Assembly: GCA_964236955.1 (NCBI GenBank)
Contig: CAXSGP010000002.1
Location: 65,665 to 129,664 of the forward strand
Source of the DNA: an uncultured Oligoflexus sp.
GTDB lineage: Bacteria > Bdellovibrionota_B > Oligoflexia > Oligoflexales > Oligoflexaceae
Reading direction: 5' to 3'
Length of the DNA: 64,000 nt
In this document: positions 39,367-49,181 of the stretch, piece after piece
How the letters are laid out: each line of letters starts with the position of its first letter
How positions within the stretch are numbered: position 1 is the stretch's first letter
The notes under the pieces: model-generated
Told to the model about the DNA's origin: nothing
What the model saw: the letters and a program-made list of their open reading frames with translations, nothing else
Database searches by the model: none
Translations under genes and position numbers: made by a program

Positions 39367-40038
39367 ATGAAACTTTATGTCTACATTATGCCCGTTGCAT
39401 TTGCTATGGCTTGTACTCAAGGAAGTAAATTCAAAGGTGCTGCTAATGTTGCCGTTCCTAAGCCAGTGGCTAAAGAGGAAAACATAGAGCCGGAAGCCGG
39501 GGAATCTCCAGGGGATGAGCCGCTTGAAAAAGTAGAACCAGAAGGTCCAGCCAAACCGGTTAAAGCAGAAACAAAGACCGTCGAGACGACAGTTACGGCA
39601 ATTAAAATCGGTATTAACTTTGAAGACACAGTTGGTGGCTCAAGTGACAAAGATCATAATGATGCCGTATTGTGCTTTTCAGGTGAATTTAACCTCGACA
39701 CCAAAAACACCACGATTGTCTCGATCAAAGATCAAACCATACTTCCGACAACCTTAAGTTCAAGCGATTGCTTCCACAACATTATAGTTGATATCACTCA
39801 TAAAGATGGATCAAAGGAACCGACACAAATATTTGCAAGCAGCCTATACAATGAAAAATCTAAACAGAAAAATCCAGATATGGATGCCAAAGTCCCGCCT
39901 TCTTTGACCTTTAAAAAAGGCGACAGCCTTGAGGTTCATATGGTTCCAACGACGGCCAGCTGCGATCCTAGCTTTACCCGGGACATGCATAATCCAATGT
40001 ATGCAGCCGTTGAGCCCAATAAGTGCAGAGGCGAGTAA
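39367..40038 (+). CDS. hypothetical lipoprotein
   Basis: GAGG RBS; signal peptide ending AMAC; acidic/Pro linker followed by a Cys-containing globular domain. Confidence 0.75.
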   Translation: MKLYVYIMPVAFAMACTQGSKFKGAANVAVPKPVAKEENIEPEAGESPGDEPLEKVEPEGPAKPVKAETKTVETTVTAIKIGINFEDTVGGSSDKDHNDAVLCFSGEFNLDTKNTTIVSIKDQTILPTTLSSSDCFHNIIVDITHKDGSKEPTQIFASSLYNEKSKQKNPDMDAKVPPSLTFKKGDSLEVHMVPTTASCDPSFTRDMHNPMYAAVEPNKCRGE

Positions 40039-40249
40039 AAATGAGTCGGTGACGCCTGCGCCCTGTGCTTTATAAATTATCGACTGCAGCTTGTCGACGA
40101 CCCAATTTAGAGGAAGCATAAAACAAGCCCTTAAGACTTAAGACTTAAGGCCGAAAGATCTGGCAGGTTTTCGATCTCAGCTGAAAATGGATCACTATAT
40201 AGGATGCGTTTTCTTCCAGAACATAAATTGCTTTTCCGACAAATTGATG

Positions 40250-40287
40250 AGGGCTGCAAAGAAAATCGGAATTTTCAATGCAGCCCT
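40250..40287. terminator. long hairpin between convergent genes
   Basis: AGGGCTGCA-AA-GAAAAT-CGGA-ATTTTC-AA-TGCAGCCCT. Confidence 0.55.
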
Positions 40288-40323
40288 TCCTACTTGCCGA
40301 ATCTTTAATTCAACAGTTTCTCC

Positions 40324-41820
40324 TCACAGTCCCGGCTTGGTAACCGCATTAGAGTCCAAGGTTACAGCAGTCTGCGCCAAAGCCCGGCCGTTCAAAACCG
40401 CTCCGGTTTCCAAAACAATTTGAGTGTGGCTCAAGATCACCCCATTAAAGCTCGACGTTGTGCCAAGTGTAACCTTACCTGCCACCTGCCAAAAAATATT
40501 TTTAGGCAGAGCGCCACCGCTCAGAGTCATGTGAACGCCGTTTGCTACGGTTACATCCTGCGCAATTTGAAAGATCCAAACATCATTTTCGCTACCAGCG
40601 AGCGTAATATCCGAAGTCATAAGCAAGCCCGTTCCCCATTTGTAAAGACCGGGAACCATCGTCTTACCACTGATATCGCCGGCACCAAGTTCAACGAAAT
40701 CCGGGATTTTTCGGCCAGCTGCATCGGTGTAAGCCAATTCCATATCGCTCACCGCAGTCGTCAGATTCGAAGGGCTAGGCACAGCCATGTCGGCAGCAAA
40801 CATCTTGCCTGTGACCAGAATGGACGAAGCAAAGACATTGCTGGCATCAAGCGATTCCGAAAAACCCGTCATAAAACTCTGAGCCGCTGGACTCAAGCCC
40901 AGGTTACCGACGATGGTGGTTGTACCGGTCGTGGAAATTGCCGATTTCGCCAGTATCACATAGTCACCCGATGTCCCCAAGGCTACCGGCGACGGCCCCA
41001 TAGCCGCGTTGGCTCCGGTTGTAAAGGTCCAAACCACTGAGGTGGCAAGGGCATTCCCGGCTAGATCTTTGACGTCCGTGGTCACGGTTACGGTATAAAT
41101 TGTTTGGGCTTCCAGGGCCGCGCTTGGATGAAAAGTGGCGGTGCTTCCGGAATAGCTTACCGTGCCGGCAAGCAGGGCCCCGGATGGACGGCTCACCTTA
41201 AAGCTTTCCGTCGTAATCGTCGTCGGATCCATGGCTTCATCAAAGGTCACCGTCAGCTGCCGGTTGGTAGGAACATTGGCAGCCGAAGCGCTTGGATAAT
41301 TTTCCTTCGCAAGAGGGGCAAGCACGTCGCCTGTAGAGCCTGTGGTGAAGCTCCACGAGTATTCATTTGCCAAGGCGATACCCAAAAGACTTTTTGCTGC
41401 GGTCGAAATTTTCGCCGTGTAGACAGTGCCAGCAGCGAGATTCACCGACGGGGCAAAAGTAAAGACCAGGGGTGCGTCAGCTGGCGCATGGTTTACCGTG
41501 CCAGCGATCACAGTGTTGTCAGCCGCTGTCAGGGTAAAGGATTCGGCATTGAGAGTAGAGGCTAACATCACCTCACTGAAGGTCACGGAAATTTTTCTGT
41601 TAAGCGCAATATCACTTGCGAAAGCCGAGGGATTGGTGGCGCTGACTGTAGCGGACGTCGTCGTTTCAACAGCAGTATCCTTATGCGTGATACTGGGATC
41701 ATTACTCACAACCGCCGGATCTTTAGCTTTCGCATTATCGTCGGCGCTGCAAGCTGCAAAGGAGAGAGAAAGGGCAATAGACGACACCAGCCCGACGGAC
41801 TTTTTCGAAAAACTTTTCAT
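40324..41820 (-). CDS. ice-binding protein (DUF3494) lipoprotein with two Ig-like (Big_5) domains
   Basis: Lipobox FAAC; two P.N...VTF.E.M...WTFTT Ig-like repeats; DUF3494 motifs LAKSAIS, AYTDAAGR, PGLYKW, WIFQI, NIFWQV and GRALAQTAVTL. Confidence 0.9.
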   Translation of the reverse strand: MKSFSKKSVGLVSSIALSLSFAACSADDNAKAKDPAVVSNDPSITHKDTAVETTTSATVSATNPSAFASDIALNRKISVTFSEVMLASTLNAESFTLTAADNTVIAGTVNHAPADAPLVFTFAPSVNLAAGTVYTAKISTAAKSLLGIALANEYSWSFTTGSTGDVLAPLAKENYPSASAANVPTNRQLTVTFDEAMDPTTITTESFKVSRPSGALLAGTVSYSGSTATFHPSAALEAQTIYTVTVTTDVKDLAGNALATSVVWTFTTGANAAMGPSPVALGTSGDYVILAKSAISTTGTTTIVGNLGLSPAAQSFMTGFSESLDASNVFASSILVTGKMFAADMAVPSPSNLTTAVSDMELAYTDAAGRKIPDFVELGAGDISGKTMVPGLYKWGTGLLMTSDITLAGSENDVWIFQIAQDVTVANGVHMTLSGGALPKNIFWQVAGKVTLGTTSSFNGVILSHTQIVLETGAVLNGRALAQTAVTLDSNAVTKPGL

Positions 41821-42536
41821 TTTTTCAATCCTTAAGATGAGAGAACAAGAGTGAGATCGAGATAGATAGAAAGAGAGTCATACAGACAGTCGTCATGAGC
41901 CGGCCCCGGCGACCAAGCTTAATTCCATTTGAAGCATCATGACGTTCCAAACACCTATCGGTATCCCGGCCAAAAAATTCAGTCAATATGAGAAGTTAAA
42001 TCCGATATTTAGACGAAAACTGGTGATTTCACCAAGCAAATGCCAAGTGATATTAAGGAGATGGAGACACAAAAGGATTAGCTGGTCAGCTTGTCGTGAA
42101 AAGGCAGGCCAAAGTCCTAGCCATACTCATGATATCATTATATTTTATTGGTTAAAACCGCTCCTTAAATGGGGTCAATTCCATGCCGGCAACCCATACC
42201 AATCAATCTGCGATCACCTGATGGAAAGATCAGAAGCACGCCGGTCCAAACAAGCTGTAAAGGCTAGCAATCAGCATCCATCGACAGTTCGCCCTAGACC
42301 GGCCCCTCCCTACTGTCCGGGCCATTAGCATGGCTTTAAACGCCCGCAATAGGCCCTCCCGTTGGCCCTATAAAAAAAAGCGCTGCCAATCCCACGAGAA
42401 GACTAGCAACTCTCTTAGTTTTTATTCTTCCCTAAATGACTTCCTAAGTCACCTGAGCTAAAGGGCCGCTCCAGCGCGAGAAATCAACTCAAGGAATGCC
42501 ATCCGTCGCCGAAGAGCTTTCGGCATCGGTTCCCTT

Positions 42537-43733
42537 TTGGAGTCGCTGTTCGACGGGGTCAAACAATTGAGTAATTTTGATAAAAATTTGACGGTACTGG
42601 TCCTGTCGGCCCAGAAGGATCACGTAGAGACTATTGTCAAAGCGCTTAAGAAACTGGAGATTACCAATATCCAAACGATGGATAACGGAATCGAGGCCCT
42701 GCAGACACTCACAGAAACAAAATTCGGTCTTTTGATATCGGATCAAAACATTCGGTTCATATCCGGATGGCTGCTGATTAAGGAAATCAAGACCTCGGAT
42801 AAGGTACCCAACATCCCAACGATACTCTTTGGCAAGGATGGTCAACCCGAAAGCGACGAAGTGCTGAAACGCTACGGCCTGATCAAATACCTTAAATTCC
42901 CAGTCACCGCCTCCGACCTTGAATTCACCATCTACTCGACCGTCACCTTGAGCAATACCTCGGGAACCGTTGAATACAAATATACCAAAGCCAAGGACTC
43001 GCTGATCCAAAACCGATCCGCTGAAGCTATCGAACGATATTCTGAACTGCGGTCTCTGACCAAAAATGGTCCACGCAGTTCGATGGGCTTGGCACAAGCC
43101 TTTCTCCAGGATAACAAGACCGATGCTGCTGGCAAGGTCATGGAGGAACTGGCGACGAGCGACGAGAAATCACCAGGGCAATCTTTGCTCCTAGCTAAAA
43201 TCCTGCTGCAAAAGCAGGACAATGCTGGAGCCGTCGCTCTCTTCGAAAGTGTGATCGTGGAAATACCCAATGGCTTCTATTTCACCAAGATCATTCGCCT
43301 TCTCAATGAATTTCAACAGCTCACCGCCGCTGCCGCCTTCTGTCTGCAGGCCATGGAGAAAGACCTGGCGCGTCCCGAATTTTTGGTCTGCCTGGCCAAA
43401 GAACGTTATAACGCCCATGATATTCCAAAATCATTAGAATACGTGAAAAAACACGACACGTTATTTGGCATGACGAATGAGTTGCATAACATCCGCGGCG
43501 TGTGCTTTAAAAAGTCTGGCGATTTCGACAAGGCCATCGAATCCTACGAAATGGCGCTTAGACTTAGCCCGACCGATGCCCGAGTCTACTTTAACCTTGC
43601 TATGTGTTCGATCGCCGTAAAACGCAATGAAGAGGCTATCCATTACCTTCAGACCTGCTTGAAGTATGCGCCGACCTTTCCCAAGGCCAAGGAAAAACTG
43701 GACGAAATTCTCAAAAGGACAGCTGCAGCATGA
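42537..43733 (+). CDS. atypical receiver domain plus tetratricopeptide repeat protein
   Basis: Receiver-like NGIEAL...LLISD...SG..LIKEIK; TPRs such as HNIRGVCFKKSGDFDKAIESYEMALRLSP. Start codon uncertain. Confidence 0.8.
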   Translation: MESLFDGVKQLSNFDKNLTVLVLSAQKDHVETIVKALKKLEITNIQTMDNGIEALQTLTETKFGLLISDQNIRFISGWLLIKEIKTSDKVPNIPTILFGKDGQPESDEVLKRYGLIKYLKFPVTASDLEFTIYSTVTLSNTSGTVEYKYTKAKDSLIQNRSAEAIERYSELRSLTKNGPRSSMGLAQAFLQDNKTDAAGKVMEELATSDEKSPGQSLLLAKILLQKQDNAGAVALFESVIVEIPNGFYFTKIIRLLNEFQQLTAAAAFCLQAMEKDLARPEFLVCLAKERYNAHDIPKSLEYVKKHDTLFGMTNELHNIRGVCFKKSGDFDKAIESYEMALRLSPTDARVYFNLAMCSIAVKRNEEAIHYLQTCLKYAPTFPKAKEKLDEILKRTAAA

Positions 43734-45751
43734 ATGACTTTGGTTCTGCCTTTGATCAAAACATGTTTGACAATCTGCTGGGCGGCGGTGACAGCGGCGC
43801 GAAGCAATATGAATACAAGGCCGTCGCCATTGTCGACCGCTATTCGCGAGATCTGATCCATAAGCTGCAAAGCACCTACCCTAAGGTGCGGATTACCTTC
43901 GGGCAGTACCACGAAAAGCCTGCTAATTTTTTGGATGATGCCGACTTGGTGCTCATCGAGTGTCGGCTGATGGAGGGCTTCAAGGACCTCAAGATGATCA
44001 GCGCCATTCGCCAGGAACGTCCCTTCATCCCCATCATTTCCATCAGCAGCAATCTCGATCAGGAGTTCATGCAGGCGGCGTTCGAAGCCGGCGTATTTGA
44101 TTATGTAAGCTCGGAAACCAGCCCGGAAATATTGCATGCAAAACTCCGCTGCATCGTTCGCATCACGGATTCATCGCGTCATCTGGAATTGAAGAACCAG
44201 GAAGCCGTCGACTCGATGAAGTCGATGCGCCGTTCCAAAGAAAAGCTCAAAGAGGAGATCAACAATCGACTCGAAGCTGAGACGCAAAAAGAATTTGCCA
44301 ATGAGCTCGCCGAAATCCATCAGCAGAACAAGGAAATTCTCGACAACCTAAGAGAAGCTTTTTTCATAGTAAAGAAAGACCTCATTATCGATGAAACGAC
44401 GTCAGCATCATGCCTCTCGCTCTTCGGCCAGGAGATCGCCGGCCGCCAAGTGGGCAAAGCCCTGCTGCTCAAACAAGACAAAGCCAGTTTTATCGAGATG
44501 AATCTAGAGCAGCTTTTTGACGATTTTATGCCGGAACACGTGACCCTGCAAATGATCCCGCATCAAGTCATCACGGAAAGCAACCGGGTTTTAGATCTGG
44601 CCTACACTGTCATTCACGATGAGCAGAAAAAGCCTGAACGCGTGATTATCGCAGCATCCGATGTTACGGAAACCATCCGCCAAAAGCAGCTCTTTCAAAA
44701 GCAGATGCATCTTTTCCATAGCTTGTTTTTTATTTTGCAAAATGCCGAATCCTTCGGTGAATTTCTGGCCGATTTTAAAAGCGACCTCGCAGCCATGGGG
44801 GAGACCCGGCAACGCGAGACAGCCTTAAGAATATTGCACACTATCAAGGGCAATGCGGGTGTCTACACTCTCGACTTCCTATCGAAACGCGTGCATTCCA
44901 TCGAAACCAAAATTGCCAAGAAACGCACAGGTGATGCCGTTTTTTTTGATTTCATGGCCAAGGTTGCTGTTGACCTGGAGCAGCAAATGGTTAATTTCCT
45001 AGTTGAGCATCACAAGATTCTTGGCATCGAATACGGTGAATCCCGAAAGGATCGATACCTGATTTCCGGCAGTCAGTTGCAGGATCTCTCGCGCCTTGCG
45101 GAGGCCGGCGATAAAGGCAGCATAGAAGTCTTGCACAAAGAACTGCTGCTGCTGCGTTTCAGGCCTCTCAGCGTCCTAACGTCGACTCTGCCCAATGTCG
45201 TCAATCGCGTTATAGAAAAGCTGGAAAAGAAGGTGATTTTCAGCATTCATGGCGATGAACTGCGCACCAATACCGATCCCCTTTCCCCGCTGTTTCGCAG
45301 CATGGTTCACCTTCTGAATAATGCCTGTGACCACGGCATCGAACACCCTGACCAACGCCTGGAACTTGAAAAGGACCCCTGTGGCACCCTGTCTCTGACC
45401 ATGGATGCGGATGGTCAGGGCGGACTTGATATCGCCATCAAAGACGACGGGCGTGGGATCGATTCAAACAAGATTCGTGAGCTGGCGCTCGAAAAAAAGC
45501 TGCTAAGCGAGGCGAACCTCAATAAACTCAGCGAAGAAGAAGTAAACTGCCTGATTTTTCTCGATGGCTTTTCCACTACCACCACCGTCTCCCAGACTTC
45601 AGGCCGGGGCGTGGGCATGGCCGCTGTGAAGGCCGAGGTTGAAGCCCTGAAGGGCACCATTCATATCGAGACCGCAGTGGGCAAGGGCACCCGCTTCCTC
45701 ATCAATATTCCAGATGTCATCCTCTTAGACAGGTCTAGCAAAGCGGCTTAG
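43730..45751 (+). CDS. CheA-like histidine kinase (pseudo-receiver, coiled coil, Hpt, HATPase; no CheW domain)
   Basis: Hpt LRILHTIKGNAG; NACDHGIE, DDGRGID and GFST....SGRGVGM; ATGA-coupled to the upstream gene. Confidence 0.85.
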   Translation: MNDFGSAFDQNMFDNLLGGGDSGAKQYEYKAVAIVDRYSRDLIHKLQSTYPKVRITFGQYHEKPANFLDDADLVLIECRLMEGFKDLKMISAIRQERPFIPIISISSNLDQEFMQAAFEAGVFDYVSSETSPEILHAKLRCIVRITDSSRHLELKNQEAVDSMKSMRRSKEKLKEEINNRLEAETQKEFANELAEIHQQNKEILDNLREAFFIVKKDLIIDETTSASCLSLFGQEIAGRQVGKALLLKQDKASFIEMNLEQLFDDFMPEHVTLQMIPHQVITESNRVLDLAYTVIHDEQKKPERVIIAASDVTETIRQKQLFQKQMHLFHSLFFILQNAESFGEFLADFKSDLAAMGETRQRETALRILHTIKGNAGVYTLDFLSKRVHSIETKIAKKRTGDAVFFDFMAKVAVDLEQQMVNFLVEHHKILGIEYGESRKDRYLISGSQLQDLSRLAEAGDKGSIEVLHKELLLLRFRPLSVLTSTLPNVVNRVIEKLEKKVIFSIHGDELRTNTDPLSPLFRSMVHLLNNACDHGIEHPDQRLELEKDPCGTLSLTMDADGQGGLDIAIKDDGRGIDSNKIRELALEKKLLSEANLNKLSEEEVNCLIFLDGFSTTTTVSQTSGRGVGMAAVKAEVEALKGTIHIETAVGKGTRFLINIPDVILLDRSSKAA

Positions 45752-46030
45752 GATAAGCCGATTAAAACTGGTTAAGCCATAAGCTGCAGCAGAACTCTCG
45801 ATGGAAAGGCAATGGCTAGACCCATAGAATAGGAGCGGCATGCCCGGCCGCTTGGATAGTTGCCTTCTTCCCGGTCAAAATAGCATAAAATCGGAAGGGC
45901 TAATGTGAGGGACGGGGGAGTGGGGGTCGAGGCGCGATTTCAGGCAAAGAATGGATTTCAATCAGTCCCTGGACACTCGAGACTGTGAAGGACCCAAGTA
46001 GAGGGCCTTGGAGCCCCCCCGGCTCAGACC

Positions 46031-46555
46031 TTATATCGTATCCCAGCCGATCAGTACTTCTTTCATTTTCTCTCCCGCAATCTCGCAGTCCAGCTCTGAG
46101 ATCACCTTACCGCCCATTGCATTGTAGAATCCGATGCTTGGATTAGCCTTAAGCACCCAAAGCATGGCGTTTTGAAAGCCAGCCGTTCTTAGCTCACGGC
46201 ACGAAGCATCAAATAAGATTCCACCGGTTCCGAGGGCCTGGAATTCCTTGAGAAGGTAGAGCGCATAGATCTCTCCATCATAGGGCAGGTTTGGATGATC
46301 GCGCTTGGGTCCACTGCTGACAAAACCAACAACTTTTTTCTTGTCTTTGTCGTAGGCAATCAGCACATGCGACCGAGGCGTATACTGATGCAGAATCGAG
46401 GTCCACATCTTTTCACGATCTTCATATTTCAATTGATCCAGATAGTTCTGCGACACAATTCCGGAATAGGTGCTGCGCCAACTCTCAACATGAACGAAGG
46501 CAATATCTTTTGCGTCTTCGGGCCGAGCGGCACGAATGACTATCTCTGAGGACAT
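46031..46555 (-). CDS. GNAT family N-acetyltransferase
   Basis: IRAARPEDAKDIAFVHVESWRSTY, GEIYALYL...QALGTG and LWVLKANPSIGFY. Confidence 0.9.
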   Translation of the reverse strand: MSSEIVIRAARPEDAKDIAFVHVESWRSTYSGIVSQNYLDQLKYEDREKMWTSILHQYTPRSHVLIAYDKDKKKVVGFVSSGPKRDHPNLPYDGEIYALYLLKEFQALGTGGILFDASCRELRTAGFQNAMLWVLKANPSIGFYNAMGGKVISELDCEIAGEKMKEVLIGWDTI

Positions 46556-47074
46556 AGGACACCTCGGTATGATCTTCAAAAAGTCCCAAGGAGTGCAGCT
46601 GCTGCTAGGAAGTTGCCAAGCATTGGGATGAAACCATTGATAGTACGACAAAATACGCGAAAAATCGATTCTATTCTGAACGGATATCAATGGCCTCGCC
46701 TATAATTCCATGCCAAGGAAGGCGTCTGTGTTGGACAGGCATGGCTTTTCAGCGAAAGAGGGGAAAGCTGGCGCGGCTTTCTATTGGTTCAATAAGGAGC
46801 GCCTTTTGCAAAAACACCTGGGAATAAATGATGCTTATGCGCTTGCCTCCTTTTGGTAAGAATCGGGACAGGGGGCAAGGCTAATTGCAGGGCATCGTAA
46901 CAGTTTTAAAGCCATGATATTTTAGCGATGGCCGTTCCCTTCTTCTAAGTGGGCCGTTTCATTAAATGTCTTTCACCCGTAATCCAGGGTCATTATTGTC
47001 CGCAATATTCCTGCATTAGCACATTCTCATCGTTTTGCCTTCAATCCGGCCGATAATATTAACGGAGGAACAAT

Positions 47075-47647
47075 ATGAAAACGTACATGCTGCTATTATC
47101 CGTGGCACTGCTTGCATCCTGCGGGACAAAGAGTAAATTTTCTGGTGATAGCGAAACCCCAACGGGCGACCTAACAGCAAGTCCGAAGCCGGCCGACGCG
47201 CCTGCAACGGCGCCCTATAGCAGCAGTGTCGAGCCGACAACGATTCATGGCGAACCTGCCAAAGTTCCCGCCAGTGATTCTATTGTGCCAGCCCGGGCGG
47301 TAAAAGCTGGAAGTTTTGAAGTTTGGGCGGAGCCTCCATTCCCTGATAAATTTACAATTTACACGGTCTACGTAAAGGTTACCCTCACGAATAAAGATCT
47401 TCTCAACAGCTTTTCCTCAAAAGACGTAAACGGGAATCTCTCGGGGACCGATGGATTTACAACCATCTTCAACGCAAACTCGGGCGGCGGGAAAAATTTC
47501 GAAAAACTCGGCGATGGCGCTCTGCTTCATTACGAAGTATTTGGTGGCGGAACATTCGTCGAAGACACCGTTGTTCTAAATTCCGTTATTTTAAATGAAT
47601 CTCAAGTCGTTAAAATAATATTTCAGGAGACTGACACAGGGGGTTGA
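47075..47647 (+). CDS. hypothetical lipoprotein
   Basis: GGAGG RBS; lipobox LASC; GCCGATAA at 47049-47056. Confidence 0.75.
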   Translation: MKTYMLLLSVALLASCGTKSKFSGDSETPTGDLTASPKPADAPATAPYSSSVEPTTIHGEPAKVPASDSIVPARAVKAGSFEVWAEPPFPDKFTIYTVYVKVTLTNKDLLNSFSSKDVNGNLSGTDGFTTIFNANSGGGKNFEKLGDGALLHYEVFGGGTFVEDTVVLNSVILNESQVVKIIFQETDTGG

Positions 47648-47686
47648 TTGAGACATCGAAACCGCTCGAGGACCAAACCTAGGAAG

Positions 47687-47716
47687 GGCCGGGATCATAT
47701 CCGGCCACTTTCTTTC
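47687..47716 (+). terminator. intrinsic terminator
   Basis: GGCCGG...CCGGCC stem followed by ACTTTCTTTC. Confidence 0.5.
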
Positions 47717-47784
47717 CCTACAGCCGGGAGGTTCAACTGCCTCAGTCAACGGGCCTGGCACCAAGGCGTCACGGAAAAAAAGGC

Positions 47785-48867
47785 TTAAGGCAACCTGCCG
47801 AAATCAAAGAGCGCTATGTTATCCAGCAATGTCCCCCATTCATTCGGCAGGCCGATCTCTTCGAACTCGATTCGAACCGGTCCCGAATGTCTGGCAAAAA
47901 ATAGCAGTTCTTTTCGAATCCATCGATTCTCAGTCGCAACGAGATTGAGAAGGGGCCGACCATCAACGCGCGTGATAAACTGCTGAAGGTCATTATATTC
48001 ACCACGCCGTTGATAGTAAAATACCAAACGATAGGCGTGTTCGGCTTGAAGATTGACATCTTGATAGAGAGCGATATCACCGGCCCCTTTAGCACCTGTC
48101 GTTGGACAGCCGGTATCCAATTCAGCACTTTGATTACCATCGACAGGAACGATGACGGAGGACAGCAGGAGTTCGACAAAGGCATAGGGACATCTGGTTC
48201 GAGCGGTTAACCTGGATTTCCAGTATAATTGATCACCCGGTGAAACATAGAGATAATTAGCTCCATTCGCGGGAACAAGGGCTTCAAAACTCCCATCCTG
48301 AATAAGATTGGCTGGTGACTGATCCCCCACCATGACCCAATCGAAAACCATTGCAGCATTTCCGTCGACCAAGCCTATTGCGAAACTTCCGGTGATATCA
48401 GCTGGAACGAGAAGCTTCCACAATCCAAAGCCAGTATGAGTGAAGCTTGCTTTCGTCCATGCATGGTCTGGGCCTATGATGAGGTAGGCATCGACAATTG
48501 CGGGATCAATGGGTTTGGTATCGATTGCAATCGTTCGGCAGCTTAATTCGCGCGAGTCAGAAAGGAAGGAACAGCTGAGGGAGGCACCACCGATCACTCC
48601 TGGAACTGCCGCCGCAGATACATCGATTTCAAAGTCGGGATTAGCAATGGCGTTGGGATCGCCTTGACCGTTTGGAGTCCCGTCGCGCGGCTCGTTCAAA
48701 GGATTATTATTTTCATCACTGCTTATGGCGCCATCATCGGCTCGATTCGCGGTACTTATAAACTTATTGCGGTTCATGTTGCCGTTTCCGCTTGAGCAGG
48801 CGAATGGGCTAAGGCTGAGGCCTAGGCCAAGAATAGAGACGAATTTCTTCGCATGGGTATAGCGCAT
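47785..48867 (-). CDS. lipoprotein with C-terminal DUF642/galactose-binding-like beta-sandwich
   Basis: Signal ending PFAC; NLIQDGSFE...DGNQSAELD...LYQDV...Y.L.F.Y...GTLLDNI pattern. Confidence 0.65.
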   Translation of the reverse strand: MRYTHAKKFVSILGLGLSLSPFACSSGNGNMNRNKFISTANRADDGAISSDENNNPLNEPRDGTPNGQGDPNAIANPDFEIDVSAAAVPGVIGGASLSCSFLSDSRELSCRTIAIDTKPIDPAIVDAYLIIGPDHAWTKASFTHTGFGLWKLLVPADITGSFAIGLVDGNAAMVFDWVMVGDQSPANLIQDGSFEALVPANGANYLYVSPGDQLYWKSRLTARTRCPYAFVELLLSSVIVPVDGNQSAELDTGCPTTGAKGAGDIALYQDVNLQAEHAYRLVFYYQRRGEYNDLQQFITRVDGRPLLNLVATENRWIRKELLFFARHSGPVRIEFEEIGLPNEWGTLLDNIALFDFGRLP

Positions 48868-49116
48868 GGATAACCTTCCTAACGAGCGAACTATTCCTTC
48901 ATTCGGCCAAGCTTTTAATAATGTTGAATAAGAAAATTTTTGCTTGTCCCCGTCCCTAGTTAAAGCGCTCGGGACTCCAGCTATAGTTTTGGCGGCAAGC
49001 GGCTTATCGGCTTTCAACTCTTAGCTCAGGTAGGGTTGACGGCAGCGACAGGCCCCCCCCGATCAGCGGTCCCCAACTGCCTTCCAGAACAATCGATTTT
49101 ATTCCAAGCGAAACAT

Positions 49117-49143
49117 TCAATATAAGCGCGTCTTTGCCGATAA
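49117..49143 (+). promoter_or_regulatory. sigma-28-type promoter
   Basis: TCAATATA-N11-GCCGATAA. Confidence 0.55.
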
Positions 49144-49181
49144 ATTACGATCCTTGGTCTTATTTCGGGAAAGGCATCGGA

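Noticed and set aside
40130..40149. CTTAAGA tandem repeat (about three copies)
   Set aside because: Too short and has no spacers; not a CRISPR array and no supportable function.
41939..42328. 129-aa ORF in an intergenic region
   Set aside because: No RBS or motif; lies in an AT-rich divergent promoter region.
45780..46030. Possible small structured RNA between convergent genes
   Set aside because: Only short, imperfect GC stems and no recognisable family features.
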